From assembly GCF_001457595.1 (NCBI RefSeq), contig NZ_LN831039.1, positions 4,980,001 to 5,012,000 of the forward strand: DNA of 32,000 nucleotides, given 5' to 3'. This document shows, piece after piece, positions 1-9,242 of this stretch. This DNA is from Mycolicibacterium smegmatis. GTDB taxonomy: Bacteria; Actinomycetota; Actinomycetes; Mycobacteriales; Mycobacteriaceae. Numbering within the stretch: the first letter of the stretch is position 1; every line of letters begins with the position of its first letter. Below the pieces are notes generated by a model. That model did not search any database. It was given only the letters and a program-made list of their open reading frames with translations, and was not told where the DNA came from. Both the position numbers and the translations under genes were made by a program.

Positions 1-441
1 GACCAGATCCGCGCTCGTCGCCGCGAGCGCCAGCGCATGCCAGCGGGCCGCGTCGCCGGCACGCAACTCCGAGAGCTCGGCAGGCGACTGGAGCACGCCC
101 GCAGCGCTGTTGGTGAGGTCGACACCCGCGGTGCCCGCGGCAGCGTCGGGCACCGCGACCGCACGGCCGAGCCGCTGTGCGAGGTCGTCGGCGAGGATCG
201 GCCCGAGGAACGGCACGTCGACGAGCCCGCGGGCGAATTCCTCCGCGACGATCGCCACCTCCACACCGGACGCGCCGTCGGATCGCAGCGTGCGCCACTC
301 GGTGGCGGCCACCGTGTTCTCCAACCGCGCGATGCGGCCGCGGTCCTCCAGTTCGTGGACCGAGCCCGGTCCGAGGTCGTCGGCCAGTTTGGCAGCGGCC
401 TCTCGCAGCTGCTGCTGTTCAGCCGTCAGACGGACGTCCAT
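1..441 (-). CDS. Acyl-CoA dehydrogenase family protein, N-terminal part (truncated by window edge)
   Basis: Minus-strand translation from ATG at 441: MDVRLTAEQQQLREAAAKLADDLGP...ATEWRTLRSDGASGVEVAIVAEEFARGLVDVPFLGPILADDLA, which has the look of an acyl-CoA dehydrogenase N-terminal domain. It overlaps the 3' end of the upstream ligase gene. Confidence 0.8.
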   Translation of the reverse strand, partial: MDVRLTAEQQQLREAAAKLADDLGPGSVHELEDRGRIARLENTVAATEWRTLRSDGASGVEVAIVAEEFARGLVDVPFLGPILADDLAQRLGRAVAVPDAAAGTAGVDLTNSAAGVLQSPAELSELRAGDAARWHALALAATSADLV

Positions 442-1798
442 GCCGCTCCTTCAGCACTCGTCGCAATACCTTTCCGGAAGGCAAGCGGGGTATCTCGGTT
501 ACGAATTCGACGCGGCGGGGCCGCTTGTACGACGCGAGCCGCGACCCGACGAGGTCGATGAGTTCCTCGGCGGACACCTCGGCACACGTGGCCACGGCCG
601 CGACCACGGCCTCTCCGTCGGTGTCGTGCGGTTCGCCGAACACCGCGCAGTCGGCGACGGCGGGATGCCCGTGCAGCACGGCCTCCACCTCGGCCGGGGC
701 GACCTGGAATCCGCGCACCTTGACCATCTCCTTGGCACGGTCGGTGACGTGCAGATACCCGTCGTCGTCGAGGAATCCGATGTCGCCTGTGCGGTACCAG
801 CCGTCGTCGAAGGCGCCCCCGGTGGCGGACTCGGGTAGGTAGCCGCACATGGCCGATGGTGAACACACCTGGATCTCGCCGGTATCCGCGATGCGCACCC
901 GTACGCCGCGCACCGGTTTGCCGACGGTCTCGATCCTGGTGTCGTCCAGCGGGTTACACGCGATCACGGGCAGTTCGGTGGTGCCGTATGCGGTGAGCCA
1001 CCGGATCCCGGCACGCGCGGTGATGTCCTCGGCGACGCTGCGCGTGACCGGCGTCGCACACCACATCACGAACCGCAGCGACGACAGGTCGAACCGCTCC
1101 AGGCCGGGATGTGCGGCCAGCGCCAGAGCGATGGGCGCGACGGCCATCTCGATCGTGATGCCGTCGGATTCGATGTGACGCAACATGGTTTCGACGTCGA
1201 ACCGGGGGTGCAGTCGCATCCAGGCGCCGGTGTCGAGCACCATCGCGATGTTGAGCAGGCCCAGGATGTGCGACGGCGGGGTCATGATCTGCATGCGGTC
1301 GGCCGCGGTGAGGCCGAGCGCGTCGCGCCAGTGCTCGATGGCCGCGGCGAACCCGGCGTGGCTGTGGCGCACGGCTTTAGGCATGCCCGTGGTGCCGGAG
1401 CTGAACACGAACAGCGCGTCGGCATCGGGAGCCACTGCGGGGCCGGGGCGTTCGCCGGGTGTGATCGGCTCGTCGAGGTGCACCATCGGCAGGTGTTCGG
1501 CGAGCAGCGGTTGGTCGCCGACCGCGTGGTTTGCACGTGTGAGTTCCAGTGCATGGGCGATCTCGGTGGTTTTCCACGCCGGGCTGATGAGGACCGCGGC
1601 GGCACCGAGGCGCCAGATCGCGCGTAGGGCGATGACGAATTCGGGCCGGTTCGACGACATCATCGCGACCCGGTCTCCCGGTCCGACGCCACGCTGCGCC
1701 AACGTCGCGGCCATGCCGCCGGCGAGCGCGTCGAGTTCGGTGAGGGTGTACTCGCGGTCGCCGAACGCCAGCACGGCGGACTCACCCATGAGCCTCAC
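419..1798 (-). CDS. AMP-dependent acyl-CoA synthetase/ligase (ANL superfamily)
   Basis: 459 aa ORF with the AMP-binding motif FVFSSGTTGMPKAVRHSH, TAYGTTELP, GWYRTGDIGFLDDDGYLHVTDRAKEMVKVRGFQVAPAEVE and the C-terminal PSGKVLRR lysine motif. The start may be GTG 1798 or ATG 1789. Confidence 0.93.
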   Translation of the reverse strand: MRLMGESAVLAFGDREYTLTELDALAGGMAATLAQRGVGPGDRVAMMSSNRPEFVIALRAIWRLGAAAVLISPAWKTTEIAHALELTRANHAVGDQPLLAEHLPMVHLDEPITPGERPGPAVAPDADALFVFSSGTTGMPKAVRHSHAGFAAAIEHWRDALGLTAADRMQIMTPPSHILGLLNIAMVLDTGAWMRLHPRFDVETMLRHIESDGITIEMAVAPIALALAAHPGLERFDLSSLRFVMWCATPVTRSVAEDITARAGIRWLTAYGTTELPVIACNPLDDTRIETVGKPVRGVRVRIADTGEIQVCSPSAMCGYLPESATGGAFDDGWYRTGDIGFLDDDGYLHVTDRAKEMVKVRGFQVAPAEVEAVLHGHPAVADCAVFGEPHDTDGEAVVAAVATCAEVSAEELIDLVGSRLASYKRPRRVEFVTEIPRLPSGKVLRRVLKERHGRPSDG

Positions 1799-1928
1799 CT
1801 GCCGTTTCCACCAGCGCTGACCTCTCGTGACGCGTACCCGCCGCAGCGATGCGACGGCGAGAAGATACTATCATTTCCGGAGAATGCTATTCTCGTTACA
1901 TCAGAATGCTAGTGCGCAGGGGAGCTCG

Positions 1929-2240
1929 ATGACGGCAGAACCAGTACCCACCGCGGAGCCCGGCGGGAAGGTGACCATCCTGTTCGAGCGTGAGCGGGTG
2001 TCGGTTCCGCGCAGGCCGAACGAGACGCTGCTGGAGAGCGCCCGACGGGCGGGCATGACACCTCCGTTCTCATGCGAGGCGGGTAACTGCGGCACGTGCA
2101 TGGCCAAACTCCTCGAGGGCACCGCCACGATGCGCGTCAACGACGCCCTCGACGACGACGAGGTCGCCGAGGGTTACGTGCTGACGTGCCAGGCGGTTCC
2201 GGACTGCGACACCGTGACGGTCTCCTACGACGACGACTGA
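1929..2240 (+). CDS. 2Fe-2S plant-type ferredoxin, stand-alone (103 aa)
   Basis: MTAEPVPTAEPGGKVTILFERERVSV...FSCEAGNCGTCMAKLLEG...YVLTCQAVP. The CX4CX2C...C pattern is present. ATG at 1929 follows a GGGGAG purine-rich RBS. Confidence 0.92.
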   Translation: MTAEPVPTAEPGGKVTILFERERVSVPRRPNETLLESARRAGMTPPFSCEAGNCGTCMAKLLEGTATMRVNDALDDDEVAEGYVLTCQAVPDCDTVTVSYDDD

Positions 2241-3304
2241 GAACGAGCCTGCGCCTGCCCGCCCGCATACTCGTCGAACGCCGGCGGCGGGCGATAATCC
2301 GGTTGGTACCCGGCGATGCGGATCGAACTGCCCACCAGACGGAAATCGCCTGCGGTGACGAGCGCCTCGGGTGTCTCCGAAAGCGCTTCGGGCAGTGTGC
2401 GCACCGCGGCGACCGGGATGCCCAGCGGTTTGAGCCGTTTCTCCCAACTCGCGGCCGAGTCGGTCGCCAGTGTCGCAGTCACCACATGCAGCACCTCGTC
2501 ACGGCGCGCCGCGCGTTCGGCCATGGTCTCGAACCCCGAAATGCCGGCCTCGCCGGCGAACGACCTCCAGAACCCGTCGTGCGTGATGAACAGCGCCAGG
2601 TATCCGTCCGCCGTCGGAAACAGCTGCGCCGGAACGTAATAGGAATGCGCGCCGTTGGGGTGGCGGCGCGGTTCGGCACCGTCGTTGAGATACGCCGACG
2701 CGCGGTAGTTCAACTGCGACAGCATGACATCGCGCAGCGACACATCCACCTGCCCTCCGCGCCCGGACACGATCATCGCCAGCAGACCCAGCGCCGCGGT
2801 GAGACCCGTCGAGTTGTCCGCCGACGAATACCCCGGCAGCGTGGGCGGACCATCCGGGTCCCCCGTCATCGCCGCGACCCCCGTCGCGGCCTGGATCACG
2901 TAGTCGAACGCGGGATCGTCACCGCCGTCGAGCCCGAACCCCGTCATCGCGACGCACACGATCTCGGGGTTGAACTCCTTGAGCGCGTCGTAGGTCAGAC
3001 CGAGGCGGCGGATCACCGAAGGCTTCATGTTCACCAGCAGTGCGTGTGAATCCGCCACCAGCTCAGCGAGTCTCGCCTTCCCATTTGCCGACGCGAGGTC
3101 CAAGCACAGGCTGCGCTTGCCGCGGTTGAGGCTCGCGAAGTAACTGTCCCCCACCTGGCGCGAGATCTCGCCGCCCGGCGGTTCGATCTTGATCACCTCG
3201 GCGCCGAGATCCGCGAGCATCATGGTGGCGTACGGGCCCGCGAGCATCACGCCGACCTCGATGACGCGGATACCGGCCAGCGGAGCGCTCGCGCAAGCGC
3301 TCAT
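2225..3304 (-). CDS. Family III CoA-transferase (CaiB/BaiF/Frc type)
   Basis: MSACASAPLAGIRVIEVGVMLAGPYATMMLADLGAEVIKIEPPGG..., KRSLCLDL, LLVNMKPSVIRRLGL and GQVDVSLRDVMLSQL (catalytic Asp region). Confidence 0.95.
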   Translation of the reverse strand: MSACASAPLAGIRVIEVGVMLAGPYATMMLADLGAEVIKIEPPGGEISRQVGDSYFASLNRGKRSLCLDLASANGKARLAELVADSHALLVNMKPSVIRRLGLTYDALKEFNPEIVCVAMTGFGLDGGDDPAFDYVIQAATGVAAMTGDPDGPPTLPGYSSADNSTGLTAALGLLAMIVSGRGGQVDVSLRDVMLSQLNYRASAYLNDGAEPRRHPNGAHSYYVPAQLFPTADGYLALFITHDGFWRSFAGEAGISGFETMAERAARRDEVLHVVTATLATDSAASWEKRLKPLGIPVAAVRTLPEALSETPEALVTAGDFRLVGSSIRIAGYQPDYRPPPAFDEYAGGQAQARSQSSS

Positions 3305-4257
3305 CGCACCGCCTTGGCGAGTTCGGCGATCACCTCACGCGTGCGGTACTTCGAGGCGATCAACTCGTCACGGTTGTCGCCGATGGGCAGCAGCCGCACC
3401 GACAGATCCGTCACGCCCGCATCGGCGAACCGCTTGAACCGGGCCAGGATCGCGTCCTCGTCACCGGCCGCGCACAGATCACCGACATTGCGCGCGTCAC
3501 CGCGGTCCAGCAGGCGCTGGTAATTGGGCGACGTCTCGGCCTCGGCCAGGATCCGGTTGGCCCGCTCCTTGGCGGTGTCGATCTCGGAGTTGGCGCACAG
3601 GCACACCGGGATTCCGGCCACGATCCGAGGAGCGGGCCTTCCCGCGTTGTCGGCGGCCTTGTTGATGCGCGGCGCGATGTGGTCACCGATCGCGCGTTCG
3701 TCGGCCATCCAGAGCACCGTGCCGTCGGCGAGTTCGCCTGCGATCTGCAGCATCACCGGACCGAGCGCGGCGACCAGCACGGGCAGGGGTGTCTCGGCGG
3801 CCAGCGCGGTGGGGTTGTGCACCGTGAACGTGTCGTTCTCGACGTCGACGGGTCCCGGCCCGGCCAGGGAAGCGTTGAGCACCTCGAGGTAGTCGCGTGT
3901 GTAGGCGGCGGGCTTGTCGTAGGGCAGACCCAGCATGTCGCGGATGATCCAGTGATGCGACGGGCCCACCCCGAGCGCCAACCGACCCTCGGCGATCGCG
4001 TGCACCGAGAGCGCCTGGCGCGCAAGGGCTACCGGATGCTGTGCCTGCAGCGGCACGACGGCCGTGCCGAGTTCGATGGTCGAGGTGTGCGCGGCCATCA
4101 GCGCGACCATGGACAGGCAGTCGAAATCGTCGGGCACCTGCGGCATCCACGCGCTGTCCAGGCCCGCGGCCTCGGCCCACTGGATGTCGGCCGCGAGCTT
4201 GTTGACCTTGCGTGTCATGTCGCCGCGTTCGGCCCCGATCATCACGCCCAGTCTCAT
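3301..4257 (-). CDS. LLM-class flavin-dependent oxidoreductase (F420/FMN luciferase-like monooxygenase family)
   Basis: MRLGVMIGAERGDMTRKVNKLAADIQWAEAAGLDSAWMPQVPDDFDCLSMVALMAAHTSTIELGTAVVPLQAQHPVALARQALSVHAIAEGRLALGVGPSHHW is typical of the LLM family. It overlaps the CoA-transferase start by 4 bp. Confidence 0.92.
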   Translation of the reverse strand: MRLGVMIGAERGDMTRKVNKLAADIQWAEAAGLDSAWMPQVPDDFDCLSMVALMAAHTSTIELGTAVVPLQAQHPVALARQALSVHAIAEGRLALGVGPSHHWIIRDMLGLPYDKPAAYTRDYLEVLNASLAGPGPVDVENDTFTVHNPTALAAETPLPVLVAALGPVMLQIAGELADGTVLWMADERAIGDHIAPRINKAADNAGRPAPRIVAGIPVCLCANSEIDTAKERANRILAEAETSPNYQRLLDRGDARNVGDLCAAGDEDAILARFKRFADAGVTDLSVRLLPIGDNRDELIASKYRTREVIAELAKAVR

Positions 4258-4652
4258 TTGGCCACCTTCTCCGTGAGAGCCCGCACCTCGGTCACCAGCG
4301 TGTCCAGCGGCGTGCCCGTGGGGAACACCGCGGCCGCCCCGACGTCGAGCAGTTTCTGGACGTCGCCCTGCGGGATGGTGCCGCCGACGACGACGGCGAT
4401 GTCACCGGCGTCGGCGGCCCGCAGTGCCTCGACGGTGCGCGCCGTGAGTGCGACATGCGCCCCGGACAGGATCGAAAGGCCGACCAGCGCAACGTCTTCC
4501 TGCAAAGCGATGGACACGATGTCCTCGATGCGCTGCCGGATGCCGGTGTAGATGACCTCGAAACCGGCGTCGCGCAACGTGCGCGCGACGATCTTGGCTC
4601 CGCGGTCGTGACCGTCCAGACCCGGCTTGGCGACCAGCACCCGGGTGGCCAT
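4254..4652 (-). CDS. Cobalamin-binding small subunit of an acyl-CoA mutase (methylmalonyl/isobutyryl-CoA mutase C-terminal domain)
   Basis: MATRVLVAKPGLDGHDRGAKIVARTLRDAGFEVIYTG...VGLSILSGAH...VVVGGTIPQ. The B12-binding signature (DxHxxG, SxL, GG) is present. The ORF extends to 4676 but ATG at 4652 matches family starts. Confidence 0.95.
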   Translation of the reverse strand: MATRVLVAKPGLDGHDRGAKIVARTLRDAGFEVIYTGIRQRIEDIVSIALQEDVALVGLSILSGAHVALTARTVEALRAADAGDIAVVVGGTIPQGDVQKLLDVGAAAVFPTGTPLDTLVTEVRALTEKVAK

Positions 4653-4715
4653 CAGAATCCTCGCTTCTTCGCGCAAGCGCTCATCAGAATCCTCGCTTCT
4701 TCGCGCAAGCGCTCA

Positions 4716-4721
<6 letters not shown>
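4651..4721. repeat. Tandem direct repeat, 32 bp unit, about 2.2 copies (4651-4682, 4683-4714, partial 4715-4721)
   Basis: Unit ATCAGAATCCTCGCTTCTTCGCGCAAGCGCTC is exactly duplicated between the mutase large-subunit stop and the B12 subunit start. Confidence 0.95.
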
Positions 4722-6305
<1,584 letters not shown>

Positions 6306-6313
6306 CACTCGAT

Positions 6314-6342
6314 AACGTACTTGCCAAAAATGAGAATGCCAA
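6314..6342 (-). promoter_or_regulatory. Candidate sigmaA-like promoter for the mutase operon (-35 TTGGCA, 17 nt spacer, -10 TACGTT)
   Basis: On the minus strand TTGGCA (6342-6337) and TACGTT (6319-6314) are separated by 17 nt, just upstream of ATG 6305. Confidence 0.45.
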
Positions 6343-6346
6343 TACC
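6319..6346 (+). repeat. 28 bp direct repeat copy 1 (ACTTGCCAAAAATGAGAATGCCAATACC)
   Basis: Matches 6466-6493 at 26 of 28 positions. The two copies bracket the divergent mutase/SDR promoter region. Confidence 0.9.
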
Positions 6347-6465
6347 GCACGGCGGTAATGTGTGGCGTGTGCAGCATGGGAACACCCTCACCTGCGCACC
6401 CTCGCGCCGCACCGAACGCTCAGGCAGTCGGGGTGCGACCCGTCGCCGCACCGCATGAGTACGCC

Positions 6466-6493
6466 ACTTGCCAAAACCGAGAATGCCAATACC
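6466..6493 (+). repeat. 28 bp direct repeat copy 2 (ACTTGCCAAAACCGAGAATGCCAATACC)
   Basis: Matches 6319-6346 at 26 of 28 positions. Confidence 0.9.
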
Positions 6494-6563
6494 CTTCTGG
6501 GTACGCGGCAACGTTCGCATCCGACGCGCCGGTCAGCTCCGCCGCGCCCCGACGAGGAGGCCC

Positions 6564-7424
6564 ATGTCCAGCCAGCAGGAGTCTTTCGCCGATCGCACGA
6601 TGGTCGTGTCGGGCGGCAGCCGGGGTATCGGCCTGGCGATCGCACTGGGTGCGGCCAAACGCGGCGCCAACGTGGTGCTGCTCGCCAAGACCGCGCAACC
6701 GCATCCGAAACTGCCCGGCACCGTGCACACCGCGGTCGCCGAGGTCGAGGCCGCCGGCGGCAAGGGCGTCGCGGTGGTCGGTGACGTTCGCAAGGATGAG
6801 GACGTCGCACGCGCCGTCGACACCGCGGTGGAACGCTTCGGCGGCGTCGACATCGTGGTCAACAACGCCAGCGCGATCGCGACCGAACCGACCGAATCGC
6901 TTGCGGTCAAGAAATTCGACCTGATGATGGACATCAACGTGCGCGGCACGTTCCTGCTGACCAAGGCCGCCCTGCCGCACCTGCGCACGTCCGTGGAGGC
7001 CGGGCGCGCCGCCCATGTGCTGACCCTGGCCCCGCCGCTCAACCTCAACCCGTACTGGCTGGGTGCACACCCGTCCTACACGCTGTCCAAGTACGGGATG
7101 ACCCTGCTGTCGCAGGGCTGGGCCGCGGAGTATGCCGACTCCGGAATCGGTTTCAGCTGCCTGTGGCCCGAGACGTACATCGCGACGGCGGCCGTGGCCA
7201 ACGGCGCAGGAGGTGCCGAACTGCTGAAATCCTCCCGCAGCCCCGAGATCATGGCCGACGCCGCCGTCGAGATCCTGTCCCGGCCGGCCGGCGAGGTCAA
7301 CGGCCAGACCTTCGTCGACTCCGAAGTTCTCACCACAGCAGGCGTGAGCGACCTGTCCCGTTACGGTGGCGGGGACAGTCCGATCATCGACATCTTCATC
7401 GACGCACCGGGACAGGGCGCATGA
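6564..7424 (+). CDS. Short-chain dehydrogenase/reductase (SDR)
   Basis: MSSQQESFADRTMVVSGGSRGIGLAIALGAAKRGANVVLLAKT...IVVNNASAI...HPSYTLSKYGMTLLSQGWAAEY. It has TGxxxGIG-like SGGSRGIG, NNAS and a YxxxK motif. Confidence 0.95.
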   Translation: MSSQQESFADRTMVVSGGSRGIGLAIALGAAKRGANVVLLAKTAQPHPKLPGTVHTAVAEVEAAGGKGVAVVGDVRKDEDVARAVDTAVERFGGVDIVVNNASAIATEPTESLAVKKFDLMMDINVRGTFLLTKAALPHLRTSVEAGRAAHVLTLAPPLNLNPYWLGAHPSYTLSKYGMTLLSQGWAAEYADSGIGFSCLWPETYIATAAVANGAGGAELLKSSRSPEIMADAAVEILSRPAGEVNGQTFVDSEVLTTAGVSDLSRYGGGDSPIIDIFIDAPGQGA

Positions 7425-8911
7425 GCATATCGCTGCTGCTCGAGATGGCATCGTCGGGAGATCCCGACCGCACCGCGGTGGTTTCCGACGACACCCGGCT
7501 CACCGCAGGCGAGTTGAGCACATTGGCCGACGGGGCAGCAGGCGTCATCGCCGGGTCAGGCGCGGCACACGTCGCCTACGTGGGTACCGGTGGCGCGCTG
7601 CTGCCGCTGCTGCTGTTCGCCTCGGCACGCGCGGCGATCCCCTTCACCCCCCTGAACTACCGTCTCAGCGCCGAAGGTCTGCGCGAGCTGGTCGACCGGT
7701 TGCCCACACCGCTGGTGATCGCCGACGGCGAGTACGCCGGCATGCTCGCCGGAGCGGGCAGGCCGGTGCTCACCTCCGAGGAGTTCCTGTCCCAGGCCCG
7801 CACGGCCGATCCGGCCGCAGAGTTCGCCGACCCCGACGCGGTCGCGGTGGTGCTGTTCACCTCGGGCACCACATCGCGCCCCAAGGCCGTCGAACTCACC
7901 CACAACAACCTCACGAGCTACATCACCGGGACCGTCGAATTCGGTTCGGCCGCACCGGAGGACGCCGCGCTGATCTGTGTGCCGCCGTACCACATCGCGG
8001 GTGTCAGCGCGGCGATGTCCAACCTGTACGCCGGCCGGAAGATGGTGTACCTGCGCAACTTCGACGCACACCGCTGGGTCGAGTTGGTGCGCACCGAGGG
8101 CGTCACGTCTGCCACCGTGGTGCCGACCATGCTCGACCGTATCGTCACCGCACTTGAGACCACGCGCGCCGAGCTGCCGACCCTGCGCAACCTCGCCTAC
8201 GGCGGATCCAAGGTCGCGCTGCCCCTGGTCCGCAAGGCGCTGGAGCTGATGCCGAACGTCGGATTCGTCAACGCCTACGGTCTCACCGAAACCAGCTCCA
8301 CCATCGCGGTCCTCGGACCCGACGACCACCGGGCCGCGCTGGCCTCCGACGACCCCGGTGTGACCCGCCGCCTCGGGTCGGTGGGACAGGTGGTGCCCGG
8401 GATCGAGGTGCAGATCCGCGGCGAGGACGGCACCGTGCTGGGGCCCGGCGAGACCGGTGAGCTGTTCGTGCGCGGCGAGCAGGTGTCCGGCCGGTACACC
8501 GAGATCGGGTCGGTGCTCGACGAGGACGGCTGGTTCCCCACCAAAGACGTTGCGATGCTTGACCAGGACGGCTATCTGTTCATCGGCGGCCGGTCGGACG
8601 ACACCATCATCCGCGGCGGCGAGAACATCGCTCCCGCCGAGATCGAGGACGTTCTCGTGGAACATCCCGACGTGCGCGACGTCGCGGTGGTCGGCCCCGA
8701 GGACCCCCAGTGGGGCCAGATCATCGTCGCGGTCGTGGTGCCCGCCGACGGCGCCGAACCCGACGCCGACGTACTCCGCGAGCACGTCCGCAAACACCTG
8801 CGCGGATCCCGCACCCCCGACCGCGTGGTCTTCCGCGCCGAACTGCCCACCAACGCCACCGGCAAGGTGCTGCGCCGTCAACTCGTCGACGAACTCCAGC
8901 CCATCTCGTAG
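7421..8911 (+). CDS. AMP-dependent acyl-CoA synthetase/ligase (ANL superfamily), second copy
   Basis: MSISLLLEMASSGDPDRTAVV...VVLFTSGTTSRPKAVELTHNNL...NAYGLTETSS...GWFPTKDVAMLDQDGYLFIGGRSDDTIIRGGENIAPAEIE...NATGKVLRR. It overlaps the SDR by ATGA. Confidence 0.95.
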   Translation: MSISLLLEMASSGDPDRTAVVSDDTRLTAGELSTLADGAAGVIAGSGAAHVAYVGTGGALLPLLLFASARAAIPFTPLNYRLSAEGLRELVDRLPTPLVIADGEYAGMLAGAGRPVLTSEEFLSQARTADPAAEFADPDAVAVVLFTSGTTSRPKAVELTHNNLTSYITGTVEFGSAAPEDAALICVPPYHIAGVSAAMSNLYAGRKMVYLRNFDAHRWVELVRTEGVTSATVVPTMLDRIVTALETTRAELPTLRNLAYGGSKVALPLVRKALELMPNVGFVNAYGLTETSSTIAVLGPDDHRAALASDDPGVTRRLGSVGQVVPGIEVQIRGEDGTVLGPGETGELFVRGEQVSGRYTEIGSVLDEDGWFPTKDVAMLDQDGYLFIGGRSDDTIIRGGENIAPAEIEDVLVEHPDVRDVAVVGPEDPQWGQIIVAVVVPADGAEPDADVLREHVRKHLRGSRTPDRVVFRAELPTNATGKVLRRQLVDELQPIS

Positions 8912-8929
8912 GAATCGAAGGAGTCATCA

Positions 8930-9232
8930 GTGATCAAGAACGGCACGCGCCTGCAGAGCCAGGTGTGCGACACCCAGGTGATCGTCGTCCGCAGCGCCGA
9001 CAGCCTCGACGACCTGCGCGCCGGAGGCGTCCCGATGATCCCGCTGGACGCCGAGAAGGACAGTGGCGCAACGCTCGACCCGGCATTCGCCGACGGCACC
9101 CTGATGGGCAAACGCTACGTCGACGACAACGGCGCCGAGGTGCTGGTCACCAAGGCCGGCGCCGGGACGCTGTCGATCGGGACCACACCGCTGGGCCTCA
9201 AGGAGGCCAAGCCGCTGCCCGCGAGCGACTAG
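8930..9232 (+). CDS. Small conserved-looking protein of unknown function (100 aa)
   Basis: GTG start after GAAGGAG: MIKNGTRLQSQVCDTQVIVVRSADSLDDLRAGGVPMIPLDAEKDSGATLDPAFADGTLMGKRYVDDNGAEVLVTKAGAGTLSIGTTPLGLKEAKPLPASD. It is tightly placed between the ligase and the transporter. Confidence 0.8.
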   Translation: MIKNGTRLQSQVCDTQVIVVRSADSLDDLRAGGVPMIPLDAEKDSGATLDPAFADGTLMGKRYVDDNGAEVLVTKAGAGTLSIGTTPLGLKEAKPLPASD

Positions 9233-9242
9233 CGCCACGGGC

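Noticed and set aside
7163-8911. 582 aa plus-strand ORF
   Set aside because: The real ligase starts at ATG 7421. The upstream portion is an out-of-frame read of the SDR gene.
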